Part shown: in pieces, positions 63,310-63,819 of the stretch
Layout of the letters: every line of letters starts with the position of its first letter
Position numbering within the stretch: the first letter of the stretch is position 1
Origin: an uncultured Candidatus Saccharibacteria bacterium
Lineage (GTDB): Bacteria > Patescibacteriota > Minisyncoccia > Phycocordibacterales > UBA5272
Length of the DNA stretch: 63,819 bases
NCBI GenBank assembly: GCA_964517625.1
Contig: CAZFBW010000004.1
Span: 1 to 63,819, forward strand
Reading direction: 5' to 3'
Program-made: the position numbers and the translations under genes
The notes under the pieces: model-generated
Seen by the model: the letters and a program-made list of their open reading frames with translations, nothing else
What the model was told of the DNA's origin: nothing
Databases searched by the model: none

Positions 63310-63470
63310 TTATCCTTTGACACAAAAGTACAACTGAAATACTATAGATTGCAATGAATCAAAAAGAAATTAGAAACAAACACACTGTTTCGAAATATTT
63401 TTTGAGAAAAAACCGCTCCTAAGGAGCGGTTTTTTCTTTGTTCTTTTCAAATATATACAAGGAGAAGCAC

Positions 63471-63776
63471 ATGAAGGAAAGATTGCGGTTGTATCTGCAG
63501 TTTATTGTGTGGGTGTTGTGGAGAAAGAAAACAATTCGCAATAAGCAGGGCAACGTTGTATGTCCTCTCATGATTAAATATGGCACACGGTTTAATGACA
63601 AAGTAATTCTTTGTGACATTCCCCACACAAGAACTTATTTTTGTATGGGAAAAGAAAAGCCTTGCGCCATGTGGAAGAATTGTATTCCTCGTAAAGAATG
63701 CGCCGACAAGGCAAGTGATGAACTTAATTGTCGGCCGACGTATGCGCCACGAGAAAGTCTTCACTTTAGGTATTAA
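63471..63776 (+). CDS. Cys-rich 101-aa hypothetical protein in its own terminator-flanked unit
   Basis: SD AGGAGA 6 nt before the ATG. Hairpin terminators on both sides (about 63407-63436 and 63779-63808). Seven Cys. Confidence 0.45.
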   Translation: MKERLRLYLQFIVWVLWRKKTIRNKQGNVVCPLMIKYGTRFNDKVILCDIPHTRTYFCMGKEKPCAMWKNCIPRKECADKASDELNCRPTYAPRESLHFRY

Positions 63777-63819
63777 AAAGGCCACGCACCGTGTGCGTGG
63801 CCTTTCGCATTGTTTCACA

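Noticed and set aside
1-63819. Alternative genetic code (UGA recoding, as in some CPR lineages)
   Set aside because: Conserved genes are full length under the standard code, and TGA is used as a genuine stop (for example ruvB and island gene 1). The only suspicious in-frame stop is a TAA in virB4.

Overview
Low-GC, tightly packed bacterial chromosomal segment. The gene content and style (many small hypothetical membrane or secreted proteins, tRNAs without encoded CCA, near-consensus sigma70 promoters, long A/T-armed bidirectional terminators) look like a streamlined Patescibacteria/CPR (Parcubacteria-like) genome. That taxonomic guess is inference only. The housekeeping backbone has four parts. 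(1) DNA replication and repair: ruvX, ruvA, mutM, polA, ruvB-ruvC, pcrA/uvrD, comM, rnhB, xerC/D, xth. (2) The origin neighbourhood: dnaA-dnaN with an AT-rich gap, and rpmH-rnpA-yidC. (3) Translation and envelope: rpsT, tsaE, tyrS, rsmA, rpsO, 4 tRNAs, murE, a class A PBP, a LysM/M23 hydrolase, an Lnt-like gene. (4) Metabolism and regulation: pgk-tpiA, an ECF sigma module, a MacAB-like ABC efflux operon. Six things stand out. (1) A roughly 12-13 kb minus-strand Gram-positive-type T4SS-like operon (30.2-42.4 kb) holds VirB6-like, PrgI/VirB3-like, VirB4 and pilin-like genes plus many unknown secreted proteins. No relaxase or coupling protein is visible, and VirB4 is interrupted by one in-frame TAA. 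(2) Every tRNA transcription unit is followed by a terminator hairpin and then a roughly 90-120 nt structured element whose closing stem copies the T-arm/acceptor of the adjacent tRNA. Two copies share a conserved core with compensatory stem changes. (3) A roughly 2 kb strongly GC-rich, GC3-biased two-gene island (16.55-18.5 kb) is driven by duplicated host-type consensus promoters. A second GC-rich Cys-rich micro-gene lies at 54.96 kb. (4) A candidate roughly 240 nt sRNA with its own consensus promoter and terminator lies between pilB and ruvB. (5) A four-helix-bundle (IVS-type) gene is bracketed by 26-bp inverted repeats from a local dispersed repeat family. (6) A prolyl oligopeptidase gene is bracketed by 39-bp direct repeats, one of which is a relic gene end. 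No rRNA, CRISPR array, transposase or clear prophage was seen.
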